Position numbers and translations under genes: made by a program
Assembly (NCBI RefSeq): GCF_028641065.1
Contig: NC_073405.1
Span: 17,794,001-17,858,000, forward strand
DNA: 64,000 bases
DNA from: Leucoraja erinacea
Taxonomy: Eukaryota
Reading direction: 5' to 3'
Notes under the pieces: model-generated
What the model was told of the DNA's origin: nothing
What the model saw: the letters and a program-made list of their open reading frames with translations, nothing else
Databases searched by the model: none
Shown: piece by piece, positions 13,913 through 26,960 of the stretch
Position numbering within the stretch: position 1 is the first letter of the stretch
How the letters are laid out: every line of letters starts with the position of its first letter

Positions 13913-15317
13913 ACTGACTCTAAACACTTGACCAGACTATAAGAAAGAAAGCAGTTGAAATGGGAGTGCAAGTGGATACACAAGTACATTGCAACACACT
14001 GAGAGGTGATGCAGTTAACCATTGCCGTTTGATATCTTAATGGAGCTAAATTTGTTGGATATTTAATAATTTGCAGATTTGATGGGCTTACTTTCAGAGT
14101 GGGTTTGGATGTGTTTTGACAAAATGCATATAATCGGAATTTAGAGGATATACTCATATCCAGAAATGAGTTTAATTTTAAAAAATCAAATATTTTGAAA
14201 GGATTTAATAGAATGGGTGCAGGGAGAGGTTTTCATTTTTGTGAACAATGTGAATGTGAACAATGAGGCTATGTGGCCTTTTCCTATATTCAAGACTTAA
14301 TCTACCTATGTAATCTATGCTGTGAACCACAACAAAAATAATAGAAACCTTAATGAGCTGCATTATTGATTAAAAAAAATAAGGAGTGTTCCAACAACCT
14401 AGATGGGTGTATTCAAATTGTTTGTATCAATGAATCAAGTTACAAATTCAAAATATATATTTTTTACTGACTGCACACTGGCATATCAGATGTAAGGAGG
14501 GAAGTCATGGAAACTGCACAGGTCATGAATGTTTATAATGGCCCAATGATGCTGCTACAGAAATCTAAACCCATTTATCACCACTATCTAAACAAGTCAT
14601 TAATCGATGTTTACAGTGATTTTTGGTTTTCTATTTAATTTACACAAGATTGTATTGAAGACTCTTTTCAAAAACAAAGTCCACAGCACAGCACTGCAAT
14701 CAATTAAAATGGTTCTTTAACCTTTTGGGTTTGTTAAAGTATAGTTTTATTTGTTTTCATGGATGAGGAGATATGGAGAATTGTCAAATTGCTAATTAAA
14801 ATGACAAAATAATAGTTCACTTGAATTGTTTATGAACATGGCTGTCAATTGGTCATTGTAAACATCAACAGCTACTGTAGTATCAGGATAATCGTCGGAA
14901 GTTCAGAGGTGGCCGGGATTATTTGCAATGAAACAGCGTTGAAATATGTTTTCTAGTTTTTTAGTTCCTATTTCAATGCGAAAAAGAAACAATTGTTCTA
15001 ATTTCTTCCCTTTCCGCCTCGAACAGGCATATTTCATCAAATTCATGTCAGCATTGGTGTTAATGGTAATAAGTGATTTCCAGGGTTCCCTTGTGCCTGG
15101 CATTGAATGAGTGGCACTGTTTCTTACACAAAGCGTTAACACAATTACATAGATCAGTAATTTCAATTGTGCACTTCTTTTGTTGTGTTAGGTTTTAATC
15201 CTCCATGGATTTGTGCGGGTGAGGTGGAGAAGTACAGAAGGAAGTTAACTTGAAATTAGAATACAATTTATTCGATTAACAACATTTTGTCCGGATTAAT
15301 ATTTAAGAGTATTACAG

Positions 15318-15623
15318 TTTAGACTTTAGACTAAGACATTAGACATAAAATGAAGAAACAGGCCCTTCAGCCTACTGAGTCCACACCAACCAGTGATCAA
15401 TCACTCTGTACACTAGCACTATCCTACACACTGGGGACAATTTTATCAAAACCCATTATCCTACAAACCTGCACGTCTTTGGAGCGTGGGAGGGAACCGG
15501 AGCATCCGGAGAAAATCCACGGCCACAGGGAGAACGTACATAATCCATACATACAGCAACTGTACCGCTGCGCCACTGACGTAGTAAGGCAGCAACTCTA
15601 TGGCTGCGTTATTGTGTCGCCCA
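15318..15623 (-). mobile_element. HE1-type (V-domain) tRNA-derived SINE
   Basis: Tail gtttagactttagac, caggcccttcagcc, and V-core gggagggaaccggagcatccggagaaaatccac..ggagaacgtaca. Confidence 0.75.
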
Positions 15624-16849
15624 AGTTAGAATAGAGCATTGTGCATAACTTTTAGTTCCTGATTTAAAATATTATGGTCATGGCTTGTGTTTTACAGCAA
15701 CCCTTATTGACATTTTTTAAAAGCCTGTAGATTAGAAGATGGCATGGAGTTTTAATGCATTCCTCCTCTGGCACAGAAGTGGAACTGGCCTCTCGGCAAC
15801 ATAAAAATTTGTGTTGAATTGAATGTGCCCAACCATGTAAAATGATTTCCACCATCTAGCGCTATTGATGTCACACTATCCTAATACTAATTGCAATTAT
15901 CACATGCGGCATTTGGTGTTGATAAAAAATATCTCCACATGAGCTATGTAATCATTGACCATAAAATTACTGAAGCATTTAAAGCTTAATGATGGAGTAT
16001 CATGGAAGTTTTCAAAGTAGCTTGTTTCAGCTTGTAATCACTTGGTAAATGAATCGTTGGGAAATAAAAACCTGATCTGGTAATTGCATCTGTACCATAA
16101 TGTCATTACAGAGTGTGTGTCTCCCTCTCTCTCTACCCCTACTTTACCATTCTCCAGTTACACTGCCTGTCTCTCCTTCACAAAAGTTTTAAGCTGTTTT
16201 GCTTTTTTACTTTTTTTTGGGATCGTGTATTTCCGGCAATGCTTGCATCCATTGCCTCTCACTAAATAGCCTTGGGAAGGTAATGGTTGACTGAACCGCT
16301 ACAGTCCTCCTGCCTGGGTAGATCCTGAGTGTATATAGTAAGATATGATACACATGTAAGTCTGTTATTTCTGGTTTTTCAGTAAATTGCTGCATATCTT
16401 AATGGTGTTCAATTGAATCTTTGAATAAAAACCAAATTCCTTTGAATATGAACGAAGGACGAATTATTTCGATTGTTGACACATGCTGGCCAATATTGAA
16501 ATGAAATGAAATGTAAATTAGGACGCCCAGAGCTTGTGCAGAATGATGGCAAAGCGTACAGCACTGGAGGAACTCGGTGGGTTAGGCAGTATCCGTGGAG
16601 GGAATGGTTAGCTTGAAGAAGGGTCTTGACCTGAAACGTTGCTCATCCGTTCCCTTCACATATGCCATTCCAACTGCTGAGTTCCTGCAACATTTTGTAC
16701 AATTCAAACACCTGCAGTTTCTTGTGTCAATAGAATGATGGCCACTTGGAGCAAGCATGTTGGGCCTGATGATGGAGTAACTGTGAAAGGTGCTTTGTGG
16801 AGTTGTGCCATAGTTTTGCTGTAATAAAACAACTTGACCACTGTCAATC

Positions 16850-19800
16850 AAGAACGCATAGCGCTCTGTTCCCTGGGCGGGTCGGGGTCTCTCTGATCAT
16901 TGTCTAGTTCACCTTATTCTGAATTACAGGGAGAAACTAAAATCTGCTTAGCTTGTGGTCAGAACAACGAAAAGGTGGACAAGCGAGGGCATTGAGAACC
17001 TACAATCCTGCTTTGACTGCACGGATTGAAATGTGTTCAGGGAAGCAACCACAAGCCTCGATGAGTATACAGGCACTGTATCATCATATGTCAGCTTATG
17101 AGAGGACAGTTGCATTCCAACTGGGACCCGGACCTGGTTCAACAACAACAAGCCTTGATTTACTGCAGAACTCAGACAGCTCCAACAGTCTAAAGAGGAG
17201 GCCTACAGGAGCGGGGATGCAGACCTCTACAGGCAGGCCAAGTACAAGCTGAGAAGAGGAATCAGAGCTACCAAGGAAAGGTACTCTGAGAAGTTGAGGA
17301 GCAAGATCTCAGCTAACGACTCTTTTTCAGTTTGGAAGGGCTTGCAAGAAATCACCAGCTACAAGAGGAAAGCCCCCCGCACTTTGGACAATTGTCAGCT
17401 GACCAATGACCTGATTGAGTCATTTGACAAGCAGAAATGTAACCCTGGTACCCTTTCCCCCCCGCCCCCCCCCCCCAAACAAACACAGCCAGACCTCGGT
17501 CTGCAAAGAATGGACCTTTCTGCTCCCACTCCTCCCCATTCACCACTTCACACCTACTTAAAGCAAGACCCCAGTCTGAAAAGACTAGACCCTTTCAATA
17601 CAATACAATACAATATTTATTCATTGTCATTTGAACCTCAAATGAGGCTCAAACGAAACTCTGTTTCTACAGCCATACAAAAAGAAACAATTTCTACAAG
17701 ACACACAAACAATTCAATGCACACAAACATCCATCACAGTGAATCTCCTACTCACTGTGATGGAAGGCAAAGTATTTTTCTCTCCCCTGTGTTCCATTTT
17801 TTCTCCCGATGTTAAAACCCCCAGGCGGGCGATGGTAAGTCCCCCGGCCATTAAGGCCGCGCCGGGCGATGTAAGGCCCTGCTCCGTCTTGATGTCTCAA
17901 CGGGGAGCCCCGGGCGGGCGTTGGCATGTCCCGCGGCCATTAAAGCCGCGCTGGGCGATGTACGGCCCCGCTCCGGGTCGTTCCAATCCCGCGACACGGG
18001 GGAGAGAAGTTGCGTTGCAGAGTTTGCCGAAAAGCAGCGTGGAACCGGTCGTTGGGCATTTTCACCACCCTCTGCAATGCCTTCCGGTCGGAGACAGAGC
18101 AGTTGCCATACCATACTGTCATGCAGTTGGTAAGGATGCTCGCGAGTTAGAAGTTCACCAGGATCTGAGGAGACAGATGGACCTTCTTCAGTCTCCTCAG
18201 GAAGAAGAGACGCTGATGAGCCTTCTTGATCAGAGTAGAGTATTGTGGGTCCAGACCTAGAAACACGTTCCACCTCCGTCCCGCTGGAGCCCGCCTCCCT
18301 GAAGTCTCCTTGGTCTTCTTGGAGTTAAGGGCCACAGCACCATGCTGCGAGCCACGTAGGCCAGCATCCCCAATCACCGTGCTCCTTGATGAGGTGTTAG
18401 TACTGTACAGGTGTGCAGTCATAGGTGAAGAGGGAGTAGAGGAGGGGGGCCCACACAGCCCTGATGAACGCCGGTGAGTTGAAGAGGTGTCCCTCACAGC
18501 AGAAAGTCCAGTATCCGCGAGGGAGGGGTGGCCCAGCCCCCTGTAATCGATGTTCTTACGTGTCTAGTTGTCAAGACGGAGTGAAGTGCCGCATCCTCCG
18601 TACTCCTGTTCTGGCGGTAGGCACGTGTGCAGCTTTTGAGGCCCCAACGACACTTGGTGATGACGACGACACCTGCAGAGTTCCGAAAAGCAGTCTCCCA
18701 GCAGGACCCGCGAGTTCCCGATGTCACTGTCCACTGGACCTGCAGCTGGAGCCTCCGAGCTCTGGAGTTGGGCCACAGCAGCGAGCCACGACCGCTCCCC
18801 ATGCTCCAAGGCTGGCCAGCCCCACGATGGTGAGTAGTCCGCAGGCTCCGCGACTGGAGCCCCCTGGTTCCGGCTGGAGACCGCTCCACGGTGCTAGGCC
18901 CCAACGACAACGGACACCTGACAGGAAAAATGTTGGGTCTCCCGTGCAAGGAAGAGATTTAAAAATCCCCCCCCCCCCCATATATACACAGTTAAAAACA
19001 ATATAAAAAGAACACAACAGACTACATACAAGTGGACAAAAAAATAAAAAAGACACCATCCCTCTCCAATCACCACTTCACATCCAATTATCCCTACCCT
19101 CTGTGCTGCACAACATCACTTCTCCATCATCAACAATAAAAATAGAGGAGGTGGAGAGGCTTTTCAGAAGACAGAAAAGCCGGAAATCTCCAGGACCGGA
19201 CAATGTTTCCCCCTCTGTGCCAAACAACTAGCACCGACATTTTCAACCAGTCCCTGCAAACCTGTACTGACCCTGCCCGCTTCAAAGTCTCCACTATTGT
19301 CCCTGTGCCCAAAAAGGCAAGGATTACTGGTCTTAATGACTACAGGCCTGTCGCAATGACCTCTGTAATCATGAAAACCCTTAAAAGGCTTGTGCTGGCC
19401 AAGCTGAAAAATACCATGAACCCTCTGCAGTTTGCATATCGGGTCAATAGATCTGTGGATAACGCAGTCAACCTGGGCCTGCACTTCATCCTCCAGCACC
19501 TAGACCACCAGGGGACCTATGCACGGATTTTAGCTCTGCATTCAACACCATTGTGCCAGAGCTACTACACTCGAACCTTTCCGAGTTGACTGTGCCTGAA
19601 CCCCTCTGTCGGTGGATCACAAGCTTCCTGACAGACAGGAAGCAGCATGTGAGGCTGGGAAAGCACATCTCGGACCCGCAAACCCTCAGCATAGGAGCAC
19701 CGCAAGGCTGCGTAGTCTCCCCTATACTCTCTCTACACCAATGATTGTACCTCTACTGACTCCTCTGGCAAGCTTCTCAAGTTTGCGGACAAGATAACCC

Positions 19801-20170
19801 TGATTGGACTGATCCAGGATGGGGAGGAATCTACAAACAGGAAGTGTCACAGCTGGCGTCCTGGTGCCATCGCAACAACCTGGAGCTCAATGCTCTTAAG
19901 ACAGTGGAATTTATTGTAGACATAAAAACTTCTTTTTTTCCACGAGTAGCAGCTCTACTCAATAACCAAAAATCTGTAGCCTCCTTTTACTCTGGTATTT
20001 TATTTAATTCACATGTTCAATCAATAATGTTTTATTATTAATGTTTAATGATTTTATGTATCAGTTCTTTACTGTCACTGTATGTCATGTTGTCACTTGT
20101 GAGCGGAGCACCAAGGCAAATTCCTTGTATGTGAATACTTGGCCAATAAACATATTCATTCATTCATTCC
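16850..20170 (+). mobile_element. Rex1/Babar-type LINE, degenerate ORF2, interrupted by an insertion at about 17596-19050
   Basis: [72 protein letters not shown] motifs with frameshifts; aataaa and (cattc)n tail at 20146-20170. Confidence 0.9.
17596..19050 (-). mobile_element. Nested, internally deleted Rex1-related retroelement
   Basis: (caata)n tail at the left end; minus-strand remnants AYRQNRSTEDA, ILDFL, KKAHQRLFFLRRLKK, TVWYGNCSVSDRKALQRVVK. Confidence 0.8.
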
Positions 20171-21029
20171 CTCAGAGCATAAGTACAAAGGCTTTAAGGC
20201 AGAAAATTATTTCACGAGTTGCATTTATTTAATGCATTTCATGACCATGACCTAAGGCCTTTGAAATCAGTTTTCAATCATGGTAATTAGCATAGGAAAC
20301 AGCCAATAACCTGTACCAAGCAAGCTTCCTCATGCAGTAATGTAACATCATCCAAATATTTGTTAGATGTTGGGTGGGATAAATATTAGCCAGAACACCA
20401 AGGATAATTGTTTTCCACAAAATATGAAATAGCATATTTCAGCTATATTTGAAAGTGCATATGGAGTCTTGCTTTAATATTTCATCTGAGAGGAGATATG
20501 TCTATCATTGATGCTGGTTTGAGCAGAACGCACTTCTCTTCCAAGATAGTTTGAGGCCAGAGGAGGTAATGCAGATTCATAGGATAAGTGGTGACAGACG
20601 GGGTGTTCAGCAGTTCATAAAGGGACCGGCATCCTTTGCTATTTATGCCGCGCTTCTGTATAAGACTTGCATGGTTTCATTTCCTGAATTCTCCTTCCCC
20701 ACGTTGAGAGATCATGGGCCGGAGATTCACAGGAGCTGGTGGCTAATTTGCTTGCATTGAACTATTTCTCTATCAGTCCAGATCTTTGGAGGGAACTTGA
20801 ACCCATACCATCCCAGTTATCAGCTCTGGTTCTATTGTTGAAACCCTCTAATTCATTGTTACTAATGATCAATTGTTAGTTCCAATGAGTGGTGACAGAG
20901 ATTCAACAGTTCTAATGCACTGTCAGACAAATATTATCTATACCAGTAAGAAATCCTGTGGAATTGATGGAAACGGTAATTTTTGTATACATTCTTAGTT
21001 ACGTCCCAAAATATACAGCATTATTTGCT

Positions 21030-21392
21030 AAACTAGATTCCTCACACTCTTGTAATGGACTGTTCGAACTACTTCCCTCCGGCAGACGTGACAAGACCTT
21101 CTACGCCCGAACCTCCAGACTCAGGAACAGCTTCATTCCCAGAGCTATAGTGGCTGAGTGCCCCCCATCCCCCCTGGACTGTACCCCTCGGATGGTCACG
21201 TCTCAGACACATCTGCACTTTAGTCTGTTGAACTGTTTTGACTGTTTTACTGTTCTTTTTACAATCCATGTTCTCGGGATATCTAAATCCAAATTTTATT
21301 AGTTATTTTTGTTATGACATCGGTTGGAAGCTGCATACCAAATCTCGTTGCGCTTATGTGCAATGACAATAAAATATATTATTAATATTATT
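21030..21392 (+). mobile_element. Rex1-type LINE 3' end
   Basis: DSSHSCNGLFELLPSGRR..RTSRLRNSFIPRAI C-terminal motif, then caatgacaataaa and an AT-rich tail. Confidence 0.8.
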
Positions 21393-22697
21393 AAATCAAG
21401 CCCTGCCATTTATGATACTAGCACTAGTAATTGGTTGCATTCCAGTGATGCAGGAAAAGATCCCTGCATCTTGGATTTGGAAGATGGTCATAGAGTCAGA
21501 GTAATACAGCGTGGTATCAGGCCGTTCGGCCCATCTTGCCGACCAACATGCCCCATCTACACTTGTCCCACCCATCTGCGTTTGGCACACCTTCAGAGTT
21601 TTTGAAGCACTGTTCCCCATGATGTATCTACCATTCCTCTTCCCCTTAGATTTCAAGAGGTTTGGGGTCAGTAATAATTTGGAATGTCTTCCTTTTATGT
21701 ATTCAATAATGAACATACAAATTAGAATGTTCTGGCCTTGAAGTCTGCTCATGGTTGATCTGATTGTAACTTCGGTTCTACATTCCCAAGAGCTTTTAGT
21801 AACCTTTCACCCCCTTGCTTATCCATCTCTACCTTTAAAATATTCAAAGAGTTTGCCTTAGCTTTGAGGAAATTCTTTGAGGAAAAGCATTTCATAGACT
21901 CATGATCATCAAGGAAAAATTCCACCATATCTATGTGTGAAGTGGGAGACACCTGAGTTTAAGACAAAACCGAGTTCCAGATTCTCTGATCAGAGGAAAC
22001 ATTTTTTGTCTATCTTCGATTTAAACCAGCATCTGCAGTTCTTTCCTAAACATCTTTTTCACCTGGTCAAAATCCTTCAAGATTTTATATATTACATCCA
22101 AGTTGTATCTTAACTCCATCAGTGGATACTGAATTGGAAATTACCTATTTTTACATGACATGAGAATTTTCAGCATTACATTGACCTAGCAATGATGTTT
22201 TTATGCTTGGTTGAGCTTTGATAGAACTGAAGTTGTTTGAAAATTGTAAAAAAAATCATGAAGAGATTTTTATAGAAATGTTTAGAGTGATGAAAGTTAA
22301 TCCACTGCATTGAGCTCTTATACATATCAATGGAATTGTCTCAGCTACTTCTATCTTTCAGAGTTCACCCGAATAGGAATAATTTTCATTCAAGCTTATT
22401 TTCTCTGTGTAAAAATGCAAATATCTATTCCAGGGCAATGGCAAAATTTGCCAAAAAAAATGTATTTGTCTGCAGAATAGTATTTTTAATCCTGACGATC
22501 GCTTCAGTTATATGAATCTATGAACTATTTCTCTTTAAAAGTTAGCCAGCACCTATTCTGGTGGAGTTGTTGAAAGACAGTTGGAAAAGGATGAATTTTA
22601 TCTCCATAGCAATTACATAAAATGTAAATGGAACATTTGTAGAAGGCTACCAATTCTAAGATTAATCAAAACTCGTGGTTCACTGATTATTGCTATA

Positions 22698-23411
22698 CAG
22701 GTGCACAACCTTTTATCCGAAATTCCAAATAACGAAAAGCTCCGAATAGCGGACATTTTTTCGGTCCTTGAAGAAAGGTCCTTGAAGACGTTGACCGAGG
22801 GCGGCCCGCAGAGGTGACAGCGGAAACTCCGGTCGGTCCTCCAAGAAAGGGGAACTAAATCCCCATTCATAAAAGAGGTGAGGGTATATTGCGCGGGAGG
22901 TTTAATAATTGACAATCTGATGCTGCCTGCCCGCTAAGTTAAAAAGTTCCCACGGTAGACTCACGATACACAGTCTTGCGTGGGAACTTTTTTACTCAGC
23001 GGGCAGGCAGCAGCAGATTGTCGCTCCCTTCAGTTTCTCTGGAGTTGGAGGGACAGGGAGACACAGCGGCTTTTGAGAATGGTGGGCAATCACTTCCAAA
23101 GTTCTGCCCACACAGTCAGTACACCTCTCCTACACTTGTCTCCCGCACTAAGATCATCTCGCAGAGAATGATCCCAGCCTAACCCTCCCTATTCTGCAAG
23201 AAAAAAACTACATTGAAGACTCAAACTCGCGATCGAGTAACTGCCGGGATCGAGGCGCAAACTCGCGACCTTGCGGATATGAGCCGAGCACTCTACCACT
23301 GCGCCAGCCGTTAAAATCTACGCTAAAAATCTTCCATTCCGAAAGCCGAAAAATTCCAAATTACGAAAAGTGTCTGGTCCCAAGGCATTCGGATAAAAGG
23401 TTGTGCACCTG
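22698..23411. mobile_element. Complete pogo/Tigger-type MITE (714 bp)
   Basis: Perfect 24-bp TIR CAGGTGCACAACCTTTTATCCGAA / TTCGGATAAAAGGTTGTGCACCTG with TA on both sides. Confidence 0.92.
23242..23311 (-). pseudogene. tRNA-Met(CAT)-like sequence inside the MITE
   Basis: Minus strand reads acggcTGGCGCAGTGGtagagtgctcggctCATatccgcaaggtcgcgagtttgcgcctcgatcccggca: A box, CAT anticodon loop and degenerate B box; the acceptor stem is not intact. Confidence 0.6.
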
Positions 23412-23993
23412 TATTGCAAGAAAACTTTGAACAACAACTGTTTCTGTCTACAAATGCATTCAGCCAGATTTACTATCAGGCATAACATGCCTTGCTCCTT
23501 CATGTGCACTCTTTTGTTTTTTGAAAGCTTTAAATGGTGCATGGTGGCCTGGATTTGGAGTATTTATACATCTATTCCCCATAAAACTCCATAAAAACTT
23601 GTGGCTGGTGTGGCAATGTTAACGTTTTATCACCATCATAAGTGTTATTGCCATCAACTTATGTAATTGTTGTTTAACTCTCTTTCTCTCTCAACCCTAC
23701 TATCTTTTATAATTTGTATTCTACTCCCTGTTCACATTTAAGTCTGTTTTATAGTTTGTCCTGTCTTAGGGATTTAGTTGAACACTCCTGCCTTTTTCGG
23801 TTCTACTTACCAATGGCTCAAATACTGCTCTGTTTTGAATCCACATTGACAGTGTTGTGCTATGTGAGAACAAGTCTCTGCTCCAATCCCCTCAATAGCT
23901 TGATGTTCAACTGACAGCAGGTAAAGTGTGTGTGCCATTGGTTTATCCTTGACTACAATATATTCAAACCAAAGGGTGCCAGGAAAAGAAAAA

Positions 23994-24058
23994 CACACAC
24001 ACGCGCACACACACACACGCGCACACACAGACACACACACACATGCACACGCACACAC
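23994..24058. repeat. (CA)n microsatellite, imperfect
   Basis: Direct inspection. Confidence 0.9.
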
Positions 24059-24553
24059 TAACACTCTCTTTTCTGACTCAGTAAAGCCCACTCACCTTCT
24101 ACCATGCACAAGTCCTAGGTTGTGCTGGAATGTTGTTTCCATTTGTGTGGATGACTGCCAGTTCCAACGACACTCAAAAGACAAATCATCCAGGACACAG
24201 CAACCGCCTTGATTTGATTTCAGTTCACCAATCTAAACATTCATTTACTCCATAACTAGCACACCCCAAGTGACTTTTACTACATGACTTCTGTCTGCAT
24301 CATCAAATAAATGAATTGCAACAACTGGCCAAGGCTCCAAGCCTGCAAGCTAAAACAAGCTGCAGATATATGTTTCTAGTTTCACTGTTGCCTGTTTTAA
24401 GTCATGGAACATAACCAACCAACCAGCAACACTGTGGGAATACCTTCACCAGATGGACTGTCGAGGTTCAGGAAAGCACTTCCTATCATTTTTTTCGAAG
24501 ACAGTAAGAAATGTCAAATATATGCTGGCTTTAGGACAGAAGATATCTGTAAA

Positions 24554-24810
24554 TCTATATACTATTAAAACTGTGTGTGTGTGTGTGTGTCATTATTTTT
24601 GCCTTTGATTTGATTTGTTACTCCGCCAAAACCAGACACAAAAACGCCGAGATTTTTACCATTTCGCTAGCGATTTTACTTTTACATTCGCTGATCCACT
24701 CATTAAATTTAATAATTTTTCTGTACACATTTTTAATAAAATCCTCCCCCCCCCCCCCCACTCACTAATTTTGTTGCCTCCTGCTGGCCACTTGTCTAAT
24801 TTACGGCAGC
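24554..24810 (+). mobile_element. Helitron 5' end, truncated
   Basis: a|TCTATATACTATTAAAAC followed by (tg)n, the usual Helitron 5' TC start after an A. Confidence 0.6.
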
Positions 24811-25784
24811 TCCAATAATATTCAGAGGCTCAGCACCATGCAGGACAAAAAACCTTGCTGGATTGATACCCCGTTAGCCATTCTTAACATTTATTATATC
24901 TGCAACCTGTATACCGTGGCAGATGCCATTTTTAGTCTTTCTTTGAATTTTTCTTTATTGCTGTATGCACTATGTTATGTAAGTTTGTAAAGTCCTTGAA
25001 GTCTCGCCGATGAAATGAGATGCTATTTTTCAATTTAATGATGTATTTTGAGAATAATCTACTCCATTACGCATGTGCGTTTACAGACAGGGTAATTATA
25101 CCGGCACTTCCATATACGCCTCATTAAAATATCAGAAACTGATTATTCAGTAAACCATTCTGGTGTGAATTACTTTATAAAACTTTGAATAGAAAGTGCT
25201 TGGTTTCTCCGCAGTTATCTATTTTGCATTGGAAATTAATCAACTCTCCGATTCCATATTTCAGTAAAATAGCTGTTGTTTACCATCTCATTCCCCCCCC
25301 CCTTTCACTTGAGAGCATTGACCATGCATGGTTAACGATTCTGCGCAAACCTTATGTGGAGCAGGGCGTTACTGAAAGGACCAGGGTGAAATGTTTGAGA
25401 GGACATAAGACAGGAAAGACCTTTTGCTACAGCTACCACACTCTTTCATACACTTGCCCTATTTTGCATTTACAAAATCCAATCAGAGAGGCAGCTTACT
25501 AGTGGATGTCTCCATAGCTCTGCACTCTGCTGAATTCTTAAAATCCTGCTGCAAATCTTGTAACTTTCTAAACTGGAAACGGATCATTTGGAATCAGGAG
25601 TTCATTGCAAGTGACTTTTTTTAATAGGTAGGTATGGCGTAAACTATAATTAATTTTAAAATATAATTTTCCAAATTCTATTATAACATGGTAGCCTACC
25701 ACTTAACTACTTTGCACTTGGTATTTTTAGTTAAGTTTGCTTGGTTGAGTTGGAAACAGTTACCAGCATTGACCCCTGACATAC

Positions 25785-26960
25785 AATTAGATTAGATTAG
25801 ATCCTTTATTTGTCATTCAGACCTTTCGGTCTGAACGAAATGTCGTTGCCTGCAGCCATACATATAATAATAAACACCAAAACACACATTAAACCCAAAT
25901 TAACATCCACCACAGTGAGTTCACCAGGCACCTCCTCACTGTGATGGAGGCAAAAGTCTTAAAGTTACTGTCTCTTTTCTCCTCATTCTCCCTCTGCACT
26001 AAGGCGATATGTTGTTACCCCAACGGGCGATGGTAGTCAGTCCCGCGGCTCACCGAGCTCCGCGAACGGGCCCGTGCAAGCTCCGCGGCCCGGGGTGGTC
26101 GAAGCTGCTGCCCTCCAGTCCAGCGGACGCAGCTGTTGCCGCGGGAGCTCCGCACAACAGGCACCAGCCTGTGACCTGCGAGCTCCCGACGATGTCGTCC
26201 ACTGGCCCGCGGCTGAGCCCCGTTTCAGGTCGCCGCCTCAGCCGCCGGAACGCCGCCTCAGCCACCAGAGCGCCGTCTCAGCCCCGCGCCGGGCCGCCCC
26301 CACTGGAGCGCCGCCCCAGCCCGCGCCGGGCCGCCCCCACTGGAGCGCCGTCCCAGCTCCGCACCGGGCCGCCCCACTGGAGCGCCATCCCAGCACCGCG
26401 CCGGGCCGCCCCCACTGGAGCGCCGTCCCAGCCCCGCGCGCCGGGCCGCCCCCACTGGAGCGCCGTCCCAGCCCCGCGCCGGGCCGCCCCCACTGGAGCG
26501 CCGTCCCAGCCCCGCGCCGGGCAGCCCCCCACTGGAGCGCCGTCCCAGCCCCGCACCGGGAGCCCACCCCAGCCCGCTGGAACGCCCCCAAACCGCGCCG
26601 GGCCGCCCCCACTGGAGCTCCGAATTCCCCGCGCCGGGCCGCCCCCAGCCCGTCGTGTTGGGGAGCCCTCACCTGGCCCGTCTGTCCCAAAACTGGCCAC
26701 TGCCTCCGGAGCCTCGGCAAACATCGTGTCGGTGAGTCGGCAGATTGGAGGCCACCGGGTCTTGGAGGCCCAGCTCCATTAGGCCTCAGTGCAGACGGAG
26801 GCAGAGAAGGGGGGATACGACAGAAGAGTCGCATTCCCCCGAAGGGAAAGACAGAAAACCATGTTTCAGCCCCCCCCCCCACACACATAACACAACTAAT
26901 AACCAAAATTTAACTAAAACAAGACAAAAAAACAACAACAAAAAAGTAAAGACAGACGGA
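25785..26960 (-). mobile_element. Non-autonomous retroelement sharing its 3' end with the 17596 element, with internal GC-rich VNTR
   Basis: (attag)n tail, tttattt gtcatt, hairpin, cgaaa and cacagtga..tcactgtgatgg blocks shared with 17596-17780. Confidence 0.75.
26265..26650. repeat. 38-bp GC-rich minisatellite, about 8-9 units
   Basis: Unit gccccgcgccgggccgcccccactggagcgccgtccca repeated head to tail with no spacers. Confidence 0.92.

Noticed and set aside
26009-26913. Overlapping 220-280 aa ORFs and a regular repeat that could suggest a gene or CRISPR array
   Set aside because: Head-to-tail GC-rich VNTR with no unique spacers; stops are absent only because of composition; the context is eukaryotic.
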